From NCBI GenBank assembly GCA_049975425.1, contig JBNGDI010000017.1:4757-68756 (forward strand): 64,000 nucleotides of DNA. The letters are read 5' to 3'. Both the position numbers and the translations under genes were made by a program. Positions 1 through 11,975 of the stretch are shown here, in pieces. The first letter of the stretch is position 1. The number at the start of each line of letters is the position of its first letter. The DNA is from Bacteroidales bacterium (lineage in GTDB: Bacteria; Bacteroidota; Bacteroidia; Bacteroidales; VadinHA17). Below the pieces are notes generated by a model. It ran no database searches and had not been told where the DNA came from. It saw only the letters and a program-made list of their open reading frames with translations.

Positions 1-91
1 GCACCAGGGGAAAAGAAAACATGCTGCAAAGGAACTGGGGATTTCGGAACGGACCCTTTACCGGAAGATCAAGGAATACGATATACATTGA
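1..91 (+). CDS. 3' end of a Fis-type HTH protein, probably a sigma-54-dependent transcriptional activator (partial)
   Basis: Frame 2 reads HQGKRKHAAKELGISERTLYRKIKEYDIH*, a typical NtrC/Fis C-terminal HTH. Truncated by the window edge. Confidence 0.8.
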   Translation, partial: HQGKRKHAAKELGISERTLYRKIKEYDIH

Positions 92-124
92 AATACGTAT
101 CTTTGTTTAAAGAGGCTTTACCCT

Positions 125-637
125 TTGAGTAAACATTTCAGCATATGGATCATGGCACTGGCCGGGATTGTTTCCGGCAACGGGTGCACTGTGAAATATT
201 CCTTTACAGGAGCCACCATTGCACCTGAGGTGAAATCCATTTCCGTGCAGTATTTTCCGAACCGGGCGGCCACCGTTCTGCCCAATCTGGCCCAGGATTT
301 TACCGATGCCCTGATGGATCGCTGCAAGGCACAGACCAGCCTTACTTTTACCAACGATATGGGCGATGTGAATTTCGAAGGCGAGATCACCGATTATAAA
401 ATTGAACCGGTGGCTATTACCGGCAATGAAATGGCTGCCATGAACAGGCTGAGCATATCGGTGAGGGTAAAATTCACCAACCTGGTGGAACCCGAATGGG
501 ATTTTGAAACCACTTTTACCCGGTATGCGGAGTATGAAAGCACCATGGATCCCACCCAGGCGCAGGACGAATATACCCCACGGATCATTGATCAGCTCAC
601 GGAAGATATATTTAACAGGGCATTTGTTAACTGGTAA
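125..637 (+). CDS. lptE: LptE-family LPS assembly lipoprotein
   Basis: Lipoprotein-type N-terminus (..SGNG-C), YSFTGA motif, C-terminal DIFNRAFVNW. A -7 box TATCTTTG lies at 98-105. Start codon uncertain. Confidence 0.8.
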   Translation: MSKHFSIWIMALAGIVSGNGCTVKYSFTGATIAPEVKSISVQYFPNRAATVLPNLAQDFTDALMDRCKAQTSLTFTNDMGDVNFEGEITDYKIEPVAITGNEMAAMNRLSISVRVKFTNLVEPEWDFETTFTRYAEYESTMDPTQAQDEYTPRIIDQLTEDIFNRAFVNW

Positions 638-644
638 TTGCTTT

Positions 645-1916
645 ATGAACAGGGACCAATTTCTGAAATACGTACGCAGGCCCGGGGACCTCAACCAGGA
701 GTCACTGAACGATATTCAGGAACTACTGTCGGAGTTTCCCTATTTTCAGACAGGTCACCTGTTGTTTCTGAAAAATCTGCACAATGTAAAAAGTATCCGT
801 TTTGAAAACCAGCTGAAAGTTTCATCGGTTTTCGCCCATGACCGGAGCGTATTGTATACTTTGCTGCATGCACCCTGGGGCAAAGTGATCCCCGTAAGAC
901 CTGTCGGGGAGGAGCCTGTGGCGGAAGAAACACCAGGGCCCCTGGTTCATCCGGCCGACATACCGGAAAAGGAAATGACGGGAGAAAAAGATGAGAAAGA
1001 TCAGGAAGGACTGCAGGAAGAAGAACAGAGGGAAGAAGCAGAAATAAAGGCGGAAGCAGATTCCGGAACACCTGTTCCTGCCGGTGCGGAGGCTACAGCT
1101 GCAGAAGGAGAACCTGTAAAAGATGAAAAGGGACCCGGAAGTGTGGCCGACCGCATCATGAAACAGGTGGAAGAAGCCAGGAAAAGAAGGGAAAATGGTA
1201 TTCATAACGGGGAAGAAGGAGAACCGGAGGAGCGATCCGGACCGCTTAGTGAAGAAGAACGGCAGGGGGAAAGGGATCTGTTTGTTCTCACCGATGAAGC
1301 GGCTGAGGCTTCTGGCTGTGAAAAACCGGAAGAAACCACCGGCCTCAGTCCGGCTACGGGGGAAATTCTGGAGATTGATGAACGTGAGGAAGAGACCCGG
1401 GCGGGTGAACCGGAAATAAAAGAAAAAGAAGAAAAAAGAACAGCTTCCTCCCTTAAGCAGGAGCCACAGGATTCAACCTCAACTGAAAAAAAAACTCAAA
1501 ACAAAAACGGGCCGGAAACAAGCGTAAAAAGTAGCAGTCATTCCTTTTCCCAATGGCTCGATATGTTGTCAGGCGAACCGGCCGATTCCTCCTCCGGGCA
1601 AGAAGAGAAGAAAGAACAAAGCGAACCCCCCGTCAGGCACCAGCATGATCTGATTGACCGGTTCCTGGAAAAAAACCCGAGGATTGTACCCAGGGATGAG
1701 AAAGCAGACGAAGCAGAGGATATTTCCAGGGACAGTGTGGAGGAAAGCGAGGGATTGTTCACCGATACCCTGGCACAGATCTATGTGCGTCAGGGATACT
1801 ATTCAAAGGCCATTTTTGCCTATGAAAAATTAAGTTTGAAATATCCGGAAAAAAGTAGTTATTTTGCCTCGCAAATTCAAAAGATTCAGGAGCTCATCAA
1901 GCAAAAAACCAAATAA
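645..1916 (+). CDS. Conserved hypothetical TPR-like protein with long acidic linker
   Basis: ATG at 645 just after the lptE stop. N-terminal FPYFQ motif, Glu-rich middle, C-terminal TDTLAQIYVRQG...YPEKSSYFA TPR-like motif. Confidence 0.75.
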   Translation: MNRDQFLKYVRRPGDLNQESLNDIQELLSEFPYFQTGHLLFLKNLHNVKSIRFENQLKVSSVFAHDRSVLYTLLHAPWGKVIPVRPVGEEPVAEETPGPLVHPADIPEKEMTGEKDEKDQEGLQEEEQREEAEIKAEADSGTPVPAGAEATAAEGEPVKDEKGPGSVADRIMKQVEEARKRRENGIHNGEEGEPEERSGPLSEEERQGERDLFVLTDEAAEASGCEKPEETTGLSPATGEILEIDEREEETRAGEPEIKEKEEKRTASSLKQEPQDSTSTEKKTQNKNGPETSVKSSSHSFSQWLDMLSGEPADSSSGQEEKKEQSEPPVRHQHDLIDRFLEKNPRIVPRDEKADEAEDISRDSVEESEGLFTDTLAQIYVRQGYYSKAIFAYEKLSLKYPEKSSYFASQIQKIQELIKQKTK

Positions 1917-1918
1917 TT

Positions 1919-2272
1919 ATGTATACACTGATTTCCGTACTGATCGTGATTGTCTGTGTTCTGCTGATCATGATCGTTCTGGTACAGAATTCCAAAGGTG
2001 GCGGTCTGGCATCGAATTTCCAGGCTTCCAACCAGGTGATGGGAGTAAGAAAAACAGCCGACTTTCTTGAGAAATCCACCTGGACGCTGGCTGTAGCCCT
2101 GCTGGTTTTCAGTCTGCTGGCCAGTATGACCATCCCCAGGAACCAGGAAGGCATGAATGAATCGCGCATTCAGCAACAGATAGAGAATACCGTGGATCCT
2201 GGAGGAATTCCGAATTTTCCCACAACGGTTCCAGAAAGTCAGCCGGCCCAGGAAGCGCCGCCCGAAGAATAA
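1919..2272 (+). CDS. secG: Preprotein translocase subunit SecG
   Basis: Two TM helices, VLVQNSKGGGL and FLEKSTW motifs. Confidence 0.95.
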   Translation: MYTLISVLIVIVCVLLIMIVLVQNSKGGGLASNFQASNQVMGVRKTADFLEKSTWTLAVALLVFSLLASMTIPRNQEGMNESRIQQQIENTVDPGGIPNFPTTVPESQPAQEAPPEE

Positions 2273-2296
2273 AACAACATTATCCACGAATTCGGT

Positions 2297-2336
2297 ACGT
2301 GTCAGTCTGTCATTTTGGCTGACACGTTTTTTTTTG
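2297..2336 (+). terminator. Intrinsic terminator after secG
   Basis: Perfect 9-bp inverted repeat ACGTGTCAG-N13-CTGACACGT followed by a T run. Confidence 0.7.
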
Positions 2337-2477
2337 TTCCACCCGCGCACAAAAATGATGTAAACAACAGAATATCAATCAATAATATAAAGATCTCCTG
2401 TTTCCTTCCGGAAAAATGGCTGGTGGTGCCGGGTCAATTCTGCCTACATTACAGCCAGCGATCCACGCTTTTCCCTT

Positions 2478-2492
2478 TGGCACAGAATATGA
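2478..2492 (+). promoter_or_regulatory. Putative sigma-54 (-24/-12) promoter of groES-groEL
   Basis: TGGCAC-AGAAT-ATGA, with GG-N10-GA spacing (consensus GG-N10-GC). Confidence 0.5.
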
Positions 2493-2544
2493 AGAAAGCA
2501 ACACGAATTTGTACCATGTTTAACCTAAAAAAACGAATTGTGAT

Positions 2545-2823
2545 ATGGCAGACCTTAAGATCAAACCATTGGCCGACCGGGTGGTAATCGAACCCCAGGA
2601 GGCTGAGACCAAAACAGCCAGTGGGATTTATATCCCTGATTCCGCCAAGGAGAAACCACAGCGCGGGAAAATTCTTGCTGTCGGACCCGGAAACAAGGAT
2701 GAAAAAATGGAAGTAAAGGCGGGGGATATGGTTCTTTACGGCAAGTATTCCGGAACCGAGATCAATATCGACGGGAAAGACCTGCTTATCATGCGTCAGT
2801 CGGATATTCTGGCCATTATCTGA
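2545..2823 (+). CDS. groES: Co-chaperonin GroES
   Basis: [23 protein letters not shown] motifs. Confidence 0.99.
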   Translation: MADLKIKPLADRVVIEPQEAETKTASGIYIPDSAKEKPQRGKILAVGPGNKDEKMEVKAGDMVLYGKYSGTEINIDGKDLLIMRQSDILAII

Positions 2824-2841
2824 GCAAACAAATTATCATAA

Positions 2842-4506
<1,665 letters not shown>

Positions 4507-4527
4507 AATACCATCATACTCCATAAA

Positions 4528-4559
4528 AAAGAAAGCTGTCCGTGAGGGCAGCTTTCTTT
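4528..4559 (+). terminator. Intrinsic terminator after groEL
   Basis: GAAAGCTGTCC-GTGA-GGGCAGCTTTC hairpin with GNRA loop and short T tail. Confidence 0.8.
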
Positions 4560-4615
4560 GTATGGTGGGAAATGAATATCTTTGCTCCACAAAATAATAC
4601 GCACAAGCCGCGGGT

Positions 4616-6403
4616 ATGGAGAACATCAGGAACTTTTGCATTATTGCACATATTGATCACGGGAAGAGTACGCTGGCCGACAGGATGCTTATGATGACCC
4701 ACACCCTGACCGAGCGGGAATTCAAGGACCAGGTGCTGGATAATATGGACCTGGAACGGGAAAGGGGGATCACCATTAAAAGCCATGCCGTGCAAATGTA
4801 TTATGATTATGATGGGACCCCGTATACGCTGAACCTGATCGATACCCCGGGGCATGTGGATTTTTCCTACGAAGTATCGCGGTCTATTGCCGCCTGCGAG
4901 GGGGCCCTGCTGGTGATCGATGCCACCCAGGGGATACAGGCACAGACCATTTCCAACCTTTACCAGGCCATTGATCATAACCTGGAGATCATTCCCGTGC
5001 TCAATAAGATGGATATGGAAAATGCCATGCCCGAAGAAGTAAAGGATCAGATTGTGGATCTGCTGGGTTGTGAACGGGAGGAGATCATTGAAGTTTCGGC
5101 CAAAACCGGGTATGGTGTGGAGGAGATCATGAGGCGCATCGTGGAAAAGATTCCCCCTCCCCAGGGGGATCCTGACGCTCCCCTTCAGGCCCTGATTTTC
5201 GATTCGGTATTCAATTCATACAGGGGTATTTATGCATATTTTAAGATCATAAACGGAACCATCCGTACCGGCGACCTGGTGAAATTCGTGAATACTGGCA
5301 AAGAGTATCATGCCGACGAGATCGGGGTGCTCAGGCTGAGGCTGGATCCCCGTAAGGAACTGAGTGCAGGGAATGTGGGATACATTATCTCGGGTATCAA
5401 AACCTCCCGGGAAGTGAAAGTGGGCGATACCATTACCCATGTGGAAAGGCCCTGCACCAAAGCCATATCGGGATTCAAGGAGGTAAAACCCATGGTGTTT
5501 GCCGGGGTGTATCCTGTTGATGCCGATGAATATGAGGAGCTTAGGGCTTCGATGGAGAAGCTGCAGCTGAACGATGCTTCCCTCAGCTTTGAACCGGAAT
5601 CGTCCGTTGCACTGGGTTTCGGGTTCCGGTGCGGGTTCCTTGGACTATTGCATATGGAAATTGTGCAGGAAAGGCTCGACCGGGAGTTCGACATGAATGT
5701 GATCACAACGGTACCCAATGTTTCCTACCGGGTCTACACCACCCGCGGTGAGGTGATCGAAGTGCACAACCCCTCTGGCCTGCCGGAACCCAATTACATC
5801 GAGACCATCGAAGAGCCGTATATTTCCGCACAGATCATTTCCAAGTCGGAATACCTGGGGAACATCATGACCCTGTGCATTGAGAAAAGAGGGACACTGA
5901 AAAACCAGGTGTACCTTACCAGCGATCGGGTGGAGGTGACGTTTGAGATGCCTCTTTCAGAGATCGTGTTTGATTTTTACGACAAACTGAAGAGCATATC
6001 GCGGGGGTATGCTTCCTTCGATTATTATACCTCGGGATACAGGAAAGCCGATCTGGTGAGGCTGGATATTCTGTTGAACAGGGAAATTGTGGATGCCCTT
6101 TCCACGCTGATCCACCGTGACAATGCCTATGATTTCGGCCGCCGGATGTGTGTGAAACTGAAGGAACTGATTCCCCGGCAGCAGTTTGATATTGCTATAC
6201 AGGCGGCTATCGGAGCAAAGATCATTGCCAGGGAAACGGTAAAGGCTTTAAGGAAAGACGTGACGGCCAAATGCTACGGCGGCGACATTACCCGCAAAAG
6301 AAAATTGCTGGAAAAACAGAAAAAAGGAAAGAAAAGAATGCGCCAGGTGGGCAATGTAGAGGTTCCCCAGCAGGCATTCCTTGCCGTATTGAAAATGGAT
6401 TAA
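4616..6403 (+). CDS. lepA: Elongation factor 4
   Basis: [20 protein letters not shown] and [14 protein letters not shown] motifs. -7 box TATCTTTG upstream. Confidence 0.99.
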   Translation: MENIRNFCIIAHIDHGKSTLADRMLMMTHTLTEREFKDQVLDNMDLERERGITIKSHAVQMYYDYDGTPYTLNLIDTPGHVDFSYEVSRSIAACEGALLVIDATQGIQAQTISNLYQAIDHNLEIIPVLNKMDMENAMPEEVKDQIVDLLGCEREEIIEVSAKTGYGVEEIMRRIVEKIPPPQGDPDAPLQALIFDSVFNSYRGIYAYFKIINGTIRTGDLVKFVNTGKEYHADEIGVLRLRLDPRKELSAGNVGYIISGIKTSREVKVGDTITHVERPCTKAISGFKEVKPMVFAGVYPVDADEYEELRASMEKLQLNDASLSFEPESSVALGFGFRCGFLGLLHMEIVQERLDREFDMNVITTVPNVSYRVYTTRGEVIEVHNPSGLPEPNYIETIEEPYISAQIISKSEYLGNIMTLCIEKRGTLKNQVYLTSDRVEVTFEMPLSEIVFDFYDKLKSISRGYASFDYYTSGYRKADLVRLDILLNREIVDALSTLIHRDNAYDFGRRMCVKLKELIPRQQFDIAIQAAIGAKIIARETVKALRKDVTAKCYGGDITRKRKLLEKQKKGKKRMRQVGNVEVPQQAFLAVLKMD

Positions 6404-6915
6404 TAGATCCTTCGCTGCACACAGATGTATTTCTCATTTGCTTTTTCGTCGCCGTCCCAGTCCAGCTTTCCGTCCAATCTGGCTTCACCCGGTTTCAGTT
6501 CTATACGATAAGAAAAACTTGCCCATTCGGGGTGGGTCTGGTCCATGAACAGGGAATCTCCCGTAAGTTCCCAGTGCCCTTTTCTGGTCTTTACCACCGA
6601 ATCGTGTAGATTTTTTATCTCAATGACATAGGTGTGGTCATCTTTGAATATGAGACGAGCCGGGCGGGTCTGCATTTTCTTTTCCCAGTTTTCCCTGTCT
6701 ACCTGCATTATCCGGTTCTGGTCTTCTTTTGCTGCGTCGTCTAATTCAACCTGCAGCTCCACCTGTTCCCACTCTCCGATCAGGTTCGATTCGGAAGAAA
6801 AGGTAAGGGCATGGTGATGTGTTTCATCGGATTTACTTCCGCATGAAGGCAGAAAAAGTGAAAAAATGCAGCAAATAACAGCCATTTTATTGATTGCCAA
6901 TGTTTTCATAGCCAC
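6400..6915 (-). CDS. Hypothetical lipoprotein (lipocalin-like)
   Basis: Lipobox LPSC, LIGEW and GHWEL motifs of lipocalin-like barrels. Start uncertain. Confidence 0.6.
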   Translation of the reverse strand: MAMKTLAINKMAVICCIFSLFLPSCGSKSDETHHHALTFSSESNLIGEWEQVELQVELDDAAKEDQNRIMQVDRENWEKKMQTRPARLIFKDDHTYVIEIKNLHDSVVKTRKGHWELTGDSLFMDQTHPEWASFSYRIELKPGEARLDGKLDWDGDEKANEKYICVQRRIY

Positions 6916-7127
6916 AACATTTAATAATCCGCCATATACAACACACAGGATGACAAACGGTTCATAACCGGTGAATCCCTGTATTCTGAACGAAGTATCC
7001 GGGCGGGTTATTGTATGATCTCAAATTCGCAGGTTTTTCCCAGATACTTAATATCGTAAATCTCAATCCACCATCTGTTTTTTCGTTCTGTTCACCAGCC
7101 TGGTTTTCCTCATAACCCCTCTTTATT

Positions 7128-8288
7128 TTACAGATCATCAGAATAATAAGCCGGCGCTTTATCGCGAAGGTTGTACTGCGATGACATAACTTCCCCGTAG
7201 GCTCCGGTGGAACGGATGGCTATCAGATCACCCCGGCGGGTGTGGGGAAGGAGAACGGCTTTTCCGAAGGTATCGGATGATTCACATACAGGACCCACCA
7301 CATGGTATTTTTCCTGTGCCCCGTTTGAAGTGAGGTTTTCTATTTTATGAAACGACTGATACAGGGCGGGTCGCAGTAATTCGGTCATTCCCGCGTCGAG
7401 GATGACAAACCGGGTATTCACGCCGTTCTTCACATAGAGTACCCGGCTTATCAGGTTACCCGACTGGGCTACCAGGGCCCTGCCCAGCTCAAAATGCAGG
7501 CTTTGTTTGGGGCGGAGATGCAGGAATTCTTTGAAAAGACAAAAAAAGGCTTCAAAATCGGGAACATGCTGACGGTCGGGATTTTGGTAATCCACTCCCC
7601 ATCCTCCGCCCATATTGATCATATCAACTATGATCTTATGATCATAAAACCATTCCTGGAATTCGTTTACCCGCAGACACAACCCTTTGAATATTTCCAG
7701 GTCGGTGATCTGTGACCCGATGTGGAAATGAAGACCCTTCAGTTCGAGATTGCTGAGAATGTGCAACCGGGTTACCACCTCCTCCAGTTCCCATGCATTG
7801 ATGCCGAATTTGTTTTCTTCCAGGCCTGTAGTGATATAATGATGAGTGTGTGCATCCACATTGGGATTGATGCGGATGGCCACGGGGGCCTTTTTCCCGT
7901 AACGGCCTGCCAGGGCATTGATTACCTCCAGTTCAGGAATGGATTCGCAGTTGAAGCAGCCTATGTTATGTTCCAGGGCGGTTATGATTTCCGTATCCGA
8001 TTTGCCCACCCCGGCAAAAAAGATGTTCCGGGCAGAGAAACCGGATTCTGCCGCCTTTTTTATCTCGTTTCCGCTCACACAATCGGCTCCGTAACCCAAC
8101 CGGCTCATTGTCCGGAGTATTTTATCGTTCGAATTGGCTTTCAGCGCATAGTGAATATTATACCCCAGCCTTCCGGCCTGTTTGTTTGCCTCTTCCAGGG
8201 TGGCCTTCAGACGTTCCATATCGTAATAGAAGAATGGAGTGGGTAAACTGCTGAATTTATCCAGAGGGAATGTCATACCTTGTTTCAT
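7128..8288 (-). CDS. lysA: Diaminopimelate decarboxylase
   Basis: YALKAN PLP lysine, HFHIGSQ, GPVCESSD, GAYG. Confidence 0.95.
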   Translation of the reverse strand: MKQGMTFPLDKFSSLPTPFFYYDMERLKATLEEANKQAGRLGYNIHYALKANSNDKILRTMSRLGYGADCVSGNEIKKAAESGFSARNIFFAGVGKSDTEIITALEHNIGCFNCESIPELEVINALAGRYGKKAPVAIRINPNVDAHTHHYITTGLEENKFGINAWELEEVVTRLHILSNLELKGLHFHIGSQITDLEIFKGLCLRVNEFQEWFYDHKIIVDMINMGGGWGVDYQNPDRQHVPDFEAFFCLFKEFLHLRPKQSLHFELGRALVAQSGNLISRVLYVKNGVNTRFVILDAGMTELLRPALYQSFHKIENLTSNGAQEKYHVVGPVCESSDTFGKAVLLPHTRRGDLIAIRSTGAYGEVMSSQYNLRDKAPAYYSDDL

Positions 8289-9601
8289 TGGAATAATTGG
8301 TCATTCAGGCTTTGAAGAGCCTTCACCTTATGGGTGGAAGCGATCAGCAGTGAAATGTTGTGGTTGCTTCCACCATAGGAGATCATTCTGATGGGTATGT
8401 CCCTGAGCGCCCGGAATACCCGGAAGGCCATTCCCCGGTTGCTGGCTATCAGATCACCCACCACACAGATGATCACCTGGTTTTGATCCACTTCCACGGT
8501 TCCGTATTTTTTCAGTTCTTTGACAATCTTTTCAAGAAATTCCGTCTGGTCGATAGTCAGTGATATTCCCACCTCCGAGGTAGAGATCATATCGATGGGT
8601 GTACGGTAACTTTCAAAGATCTCGAATACCTTTCTCAGGAAACCGTATGCCAGCAGCATGCGGGTTGATTTGATGCGTATGGCGGTGATGCTGTCTTTAG
8701 CTGCGATAGCTGTAATGCGTCCGTTTCCGGCTGTTCTTTCGCTGATGAGGGTTCCCTGTGATGCGGGATTCAGTGTGTTTTTCAGGCGGACAGGGATATT
8801 GAATTTTCGTGCCGGCTGAATGCTCGTGGGGTGCAGGATTTTGGCACCGAAATAGGCCAGCTCAGCCGCTTCCTCGAAGGAAAGTTGTTCAACCGGACGT
8901 GTATTTTTTACATACCTGGGGTCGTTGTTGTGCATCCCATCCACATCAGTCCAAATTTGGATTTCCTCTGCTTTTACAGCAGCACCGATCAGGGATGCCG
9001 TATAATCGCTGCCACCTCTTTTCAGGTTGTCAATATCGCCGAATGCATTCCGGCATATATATCCCTGGGTAATGAACAGCCGGTTCCCGGGGTATTTTTC
9101 CAGTTCCCGCTGCAGGTTTTCCCGGATATAAAATTCATCCGGTTCGTGGTCTTTGTCAATCCTCATAAAGTGAAGGGCGGGCAGCAAAACGGCCGGTATG
9201 CCTTTTTCTTCCAGATACATATGGAACAGAGCTGTGGAAATAAGCTCGCCCTGTGCCAGGATTACTTTTTCTTCGAACATGGTAAACAGATCGCGGGTAA
9301 ACGACCGGATGTATTCGAAATGGGAACGGATCAGTTCCTTTCCTTTTTGCCTGTATGAGGGGGTCGAAAACAATTCACCGGCAACCTGAAGATAATTTTC
9401 TTCCAGCCGGTTTATCTTGTCTCCTGCCTGTATGTGGTCTTTGTTGTAGAGGCAGGAAGCGATCCCCACCAGCCTGTCGGTGGTACCTGCCATGGCCGAA
9501 AGCACCACGATCAGGTGTTCACCGGCGGGGATCAGTTCGGCTACCTTCTTCATACGGTCGGCAGAACCCACAGAGGTACCGCCGAATTTCAGTACTTTCA
9601 T
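8285..9601 (-). CDS. lysC: Aspartate kinase
   Basis: KFGGTSVG, RGGSDYTA, ACT domains. Overlaps the lysA start. Confidence 0.95.
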   Translation of the reverse strand: MKVLKFGGTSVGSADRMKKVAELIPAGEHLIVVLSAMAGTTDRLVGIASCLYNKDHIQAGDKINRLEENYLQVAGELFSTPSYRQKGKELIRSHFEYIRSFTRDLFTMFEEKVILAQGELISTALFHMYLEEKGIPAVLLPALHFMRIDKDHEPDEFYIRENLQRELEKYPGNRLFITQGYICRNAFGDIDNLKRGGSDYTASLIGAAVKAEEIQIWTDVDGMHNNDPRYVKNTRPVEQLSFEEAAELAYFGAKILHPTSIQPARKFNIPVRLKNTLNPASQGTLISERTAGNGRITAIAAKDSITAIRIKSTRMLLAYGFLRKVFEIFESYRTPIDMISTSEVGISLTIDQTEFLEKIVKELKKYGTVEVDQNQVIICVVGDLIASNRGMAFRVFRALRDIPIRMISYGGSNHNISLLIASTHKVKALQSLNDQLFQ

Positions 9602-9668
9602 CCGGATGCAGTTTGGAGGCGAAGTTAGTGAATCTTGCCGGAATATGTTATAAAGCAGGAAATGGATT

Positions 9669-10388
9669 TCAGGCGGAATCTTCTTCCGGCTGTTTGTCGA
9701 GGATCAGTTTGTAGCCTTTTCCGTGTATATTCAGGATTTCGATGGACGGATCTTCGCGGAGGTATTTCCTCAGTTTGGTGATATATACATCCATACTCCT
9801 GGCGTTGAAGTAGTTATCGTCTTCCCAGATGGTACGCAGGGCAAAATTTCGTTCCAGGATCTGGTTCTGGTTATTGCACAGGAGCTTCAGCAGTTCCGAT
9901 TCCTTGGTAGTGAGTTTCCTAACCTGGTCTCCGTGCTGAAGGGTTTGTTTGTTGGCGTCGAAAGTGAACCGGCCGAGCCGGAAGATGTTTTTACCACCGG
10001 CAGCCTGCCCCCCCCGGGTTCTTCTGAGTACGGCTTCTATGCGGTACAGTAATTCTTCCATGCTGAACGGCTTGGTGATGTAATCGTCACCGCCGATGGA
10101 GAAACCTTCGATCACATCTTCTTTCAGTGATTTGGCCGTAAGGAAGATAATGGGGATATTGCTGTTAATCCGGCGGATTTCGCGGGCCAGTTCGAAACCG
10201 TCTTTTACCGGCATCATCACATCGAGGATGCAGATATCGAAGTGTTCCCTGACAAAACCCCTGAAGGCTTTTTCTCCGTCAGGGTAAAGAACCGTATCAT
10301 ATCCTTTGGCCATGAGGTAATCCCTGAGAAGGGTGCCCAGGTTCATATCGTCTTCGGCCAGCAGGAGCCTGGTAGGTTCATCAGGCAT
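9669..10388 (-). CDS. rprY: OmpR-family response regulator (RprY-like)
   Basis: LLAEDD...LDVMMP receiver, winged-helix with NYFNARSMDVYITKLRK typical of Bacteroidota RprY. Confidence 0.85.
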   Translation of the reverse strand: MPDEPTRLLLAEDDMNLGTLLRDYLMAKGYDTVLYPDGEKAFRGFVREHFDICILDVMMPVKDGFELAREIRRINSNIPIIFLTAKSLKEDVIEGFSIGGDDYITKPFSMEELLYRIEAVLRRTRGGQAAGGKNIFRLGRFTFDANKQTLQHGDQVRKLTTKESELLKLLCNNQNQILERNFALRTIWEDDNYFNARSMDVYITKLRKYLREDPSIEILNIHGKGYKLILDKQPEEDSA

Positions 10389-11934
10389 GGCGTTGGTTTG
10401 ATTCAGGGATAAAGATAATAAATTTTGAACCTTTTCCCTGTTGACTTTCCACCCTTATGGACGCTCCGTGTTCTTCCACAATCTTCTTCACGTAACTCAG
10501 TCCCAGGCCAAATCCTTTCACGTTATGGATATTTCCCGTTGGGACCCGGTAGAATTTATCGAAGATCTTGCGTTGATGTTCACGGGTCATGCCTATTCCG
10601 TTATCTTCTACCGAAATTTCAAGACCCTTTCCCCGGTTCCGGGTGCGGATGGTGATAACCGGCCGGTCTTTGGAATATTTCAGGGCATTGTCCACCAGAT
10701 TGGAAAGCACGTTGATGGTATGCACCTCGTCAAGGTGAGCCTCGGGGTATTGGGCTTCATCTTTCAGAATGATATCTCCCTGCCTGTTTCTAATCTGGAG
10801 CTCGAAATTCTTGATGACCGTTTCAATGAGACGATGTACATCCACCTTTTTCTTTTTCAGTTTTACACGTCCCCTGTCAAAAATGGCTGTTTGAAGCACT
10901 TTTTCCACCTGAAGTCCGAGGCGTCGTGTTTCTTCGTGGATGATGCCCGATATCTGGCCGATGTTTTTCCCGGGGCCCTGAAATCCGGGGTCGGACAGCA
11001 TCTGGGCAGCCAGTGAGATGGTAGAAATGGGGGTTTTCAGCTCATGGGTCATATTGTTTACAAAATCGTTCCGTATTTCAGACAGTTTTTTCTGCCTGAA
11101 AATAACCAGCAGGGTAATGGCAAACAGCAGAACGGTAGTGAGTATGAGTATAATACTGGTAATGCGCATAAAACCGAGAGAGCGATAAATGAACCCTTTT
11201 TCACCCGGGAAATACAGGCTGACGAATGCCGGAATGCTCGGGATATCGTTGGGGAAAAGGGCCTGCTGGAACACCCCCGAGCGGGTTTCCTCGCTGTATG
11301 CAGGTGTATGGTACAGTACCCTGTTATCGGGTTTTTTTACGGCCATTTCGTATTCCAGGTCGATGCCTCTATCCTGCAGGCGCGAGGCAATCATCCGGTT
11401 AAGAACATCCAGGTTAATTCTTTTTTCCACGGGAGGCAGCTCACGTGTCATTCTGTCCATGATATTTCGCAGAAAGACTGACTTCCGGGTAATGCGGCTT
11501 GAGACCATTGTTTTGATTTCCCCTTCTTGCATAACAGAGCTTGTCCCGCTTTCCATATAGCTTTCCCCCACAATTACCTCCCATGAAAAGGAATCACGAA
11601 TTTCTAGTGGCGGGGATCTGAAACCCCTGTTCTGTGAGGAATAGGGGGCAGGCTGTCTTCGGGGGGGGGCAGATTGTTTTTCATACTGGAGGGCATCGAA
11701 ATGCCAGGGAACGGTATCGCTTTCCATAGGCATGGCTTCATCCATAATATGATATACGGCTTCCTGCCTTTCCACCTCCCTGGCCACTTCATTCAGGGTA
11801 TGGTATACTATCTGCCGGAACTGTTGTTCCTTTACCTGCATGGCGTTGTTGATCCAGTAAGCCTGCACCAGGATAAGTCCGGTCATTACCAGGGCCATGA
11901 CCCCGGCCAGAAACCATATCCATTGTCTTTTCAT
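10381..11934 (-). CDS. rprX: Sensor histidine kinase (RprX-like)
   Basis: Two TM segments, NNMTHELKTP H-box, N/G boxes, HNVKGFGLGL. ATG at 11934. Confidence 0.85.
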   Translation of the reverse strand: MKRQWIWFLAGVMALVMTGLILVQAYWINNAMQVKEQQFRQIVYHTLNEVAREVERQEAVYHIMDEAMPMESDTVPWHFDALQYEKQSAPPRRQPAPYSSQNRGFRSPPLEIRDSFSWEVIVGESYMESGTSSVMQEGEIKTMVSSRITRKSVFLRNIMDRMTRELPPVEKRINLDVLNRMIASRLQDRGIDLEYEMAVKKPDNRVLYHTPAYSEETRSGVFQQALFPNDIPSIPAFVSLYFPGEKGFIYRSLGFMRITSIILILTTVLLFAITLLVIFRQKKLSEIRNDFVNNMTHELKTPISTISLAAQMLSDPGFQGPGKNIGQISGIIHEETRRLGLQVEKVLQTAIFDRGRVKLKKKKVDVHRLIETVIKNFELQIRNRQGDIILKDEAQYPEAHLDEVHTINVLSNLVDNALKYSKDRPVITIRTRNRGKGLEISVEDNGIGMTREHQRKIFDKFYRVPTGNIHNVKGFGLGLSYVKKIVEEHGASIRVESQQGKGSKFIIFIPESNQRHA

Positions 11935-11941
11935 ACCTGAA

Positions 11942-11949
11942 CAAAGATA
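11942..11949 (-). promoter_or_regulatory. Bacteroidota -7 promoter element for rprXY
   Basis: TATCTTTG on the minus strand, 7 nt before the ATG. Confidence 0.7.
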
Positions 11950-11975
11950 AGTGCTGAATGGGTTCCTGATCAAGG

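Noticed and set aside
2315..2587. 90-aa ORF between secG and groES
   Set aside because: Runs through a terminator and promoter, overlaps groES out of frame and has no protein-like features.
6916..7127. Intergenic region after lysA (16-codon ORF, possible ECF promoter)
   Set aside because: No convincing structure or coding signal, and the promoter match is too weak to call.
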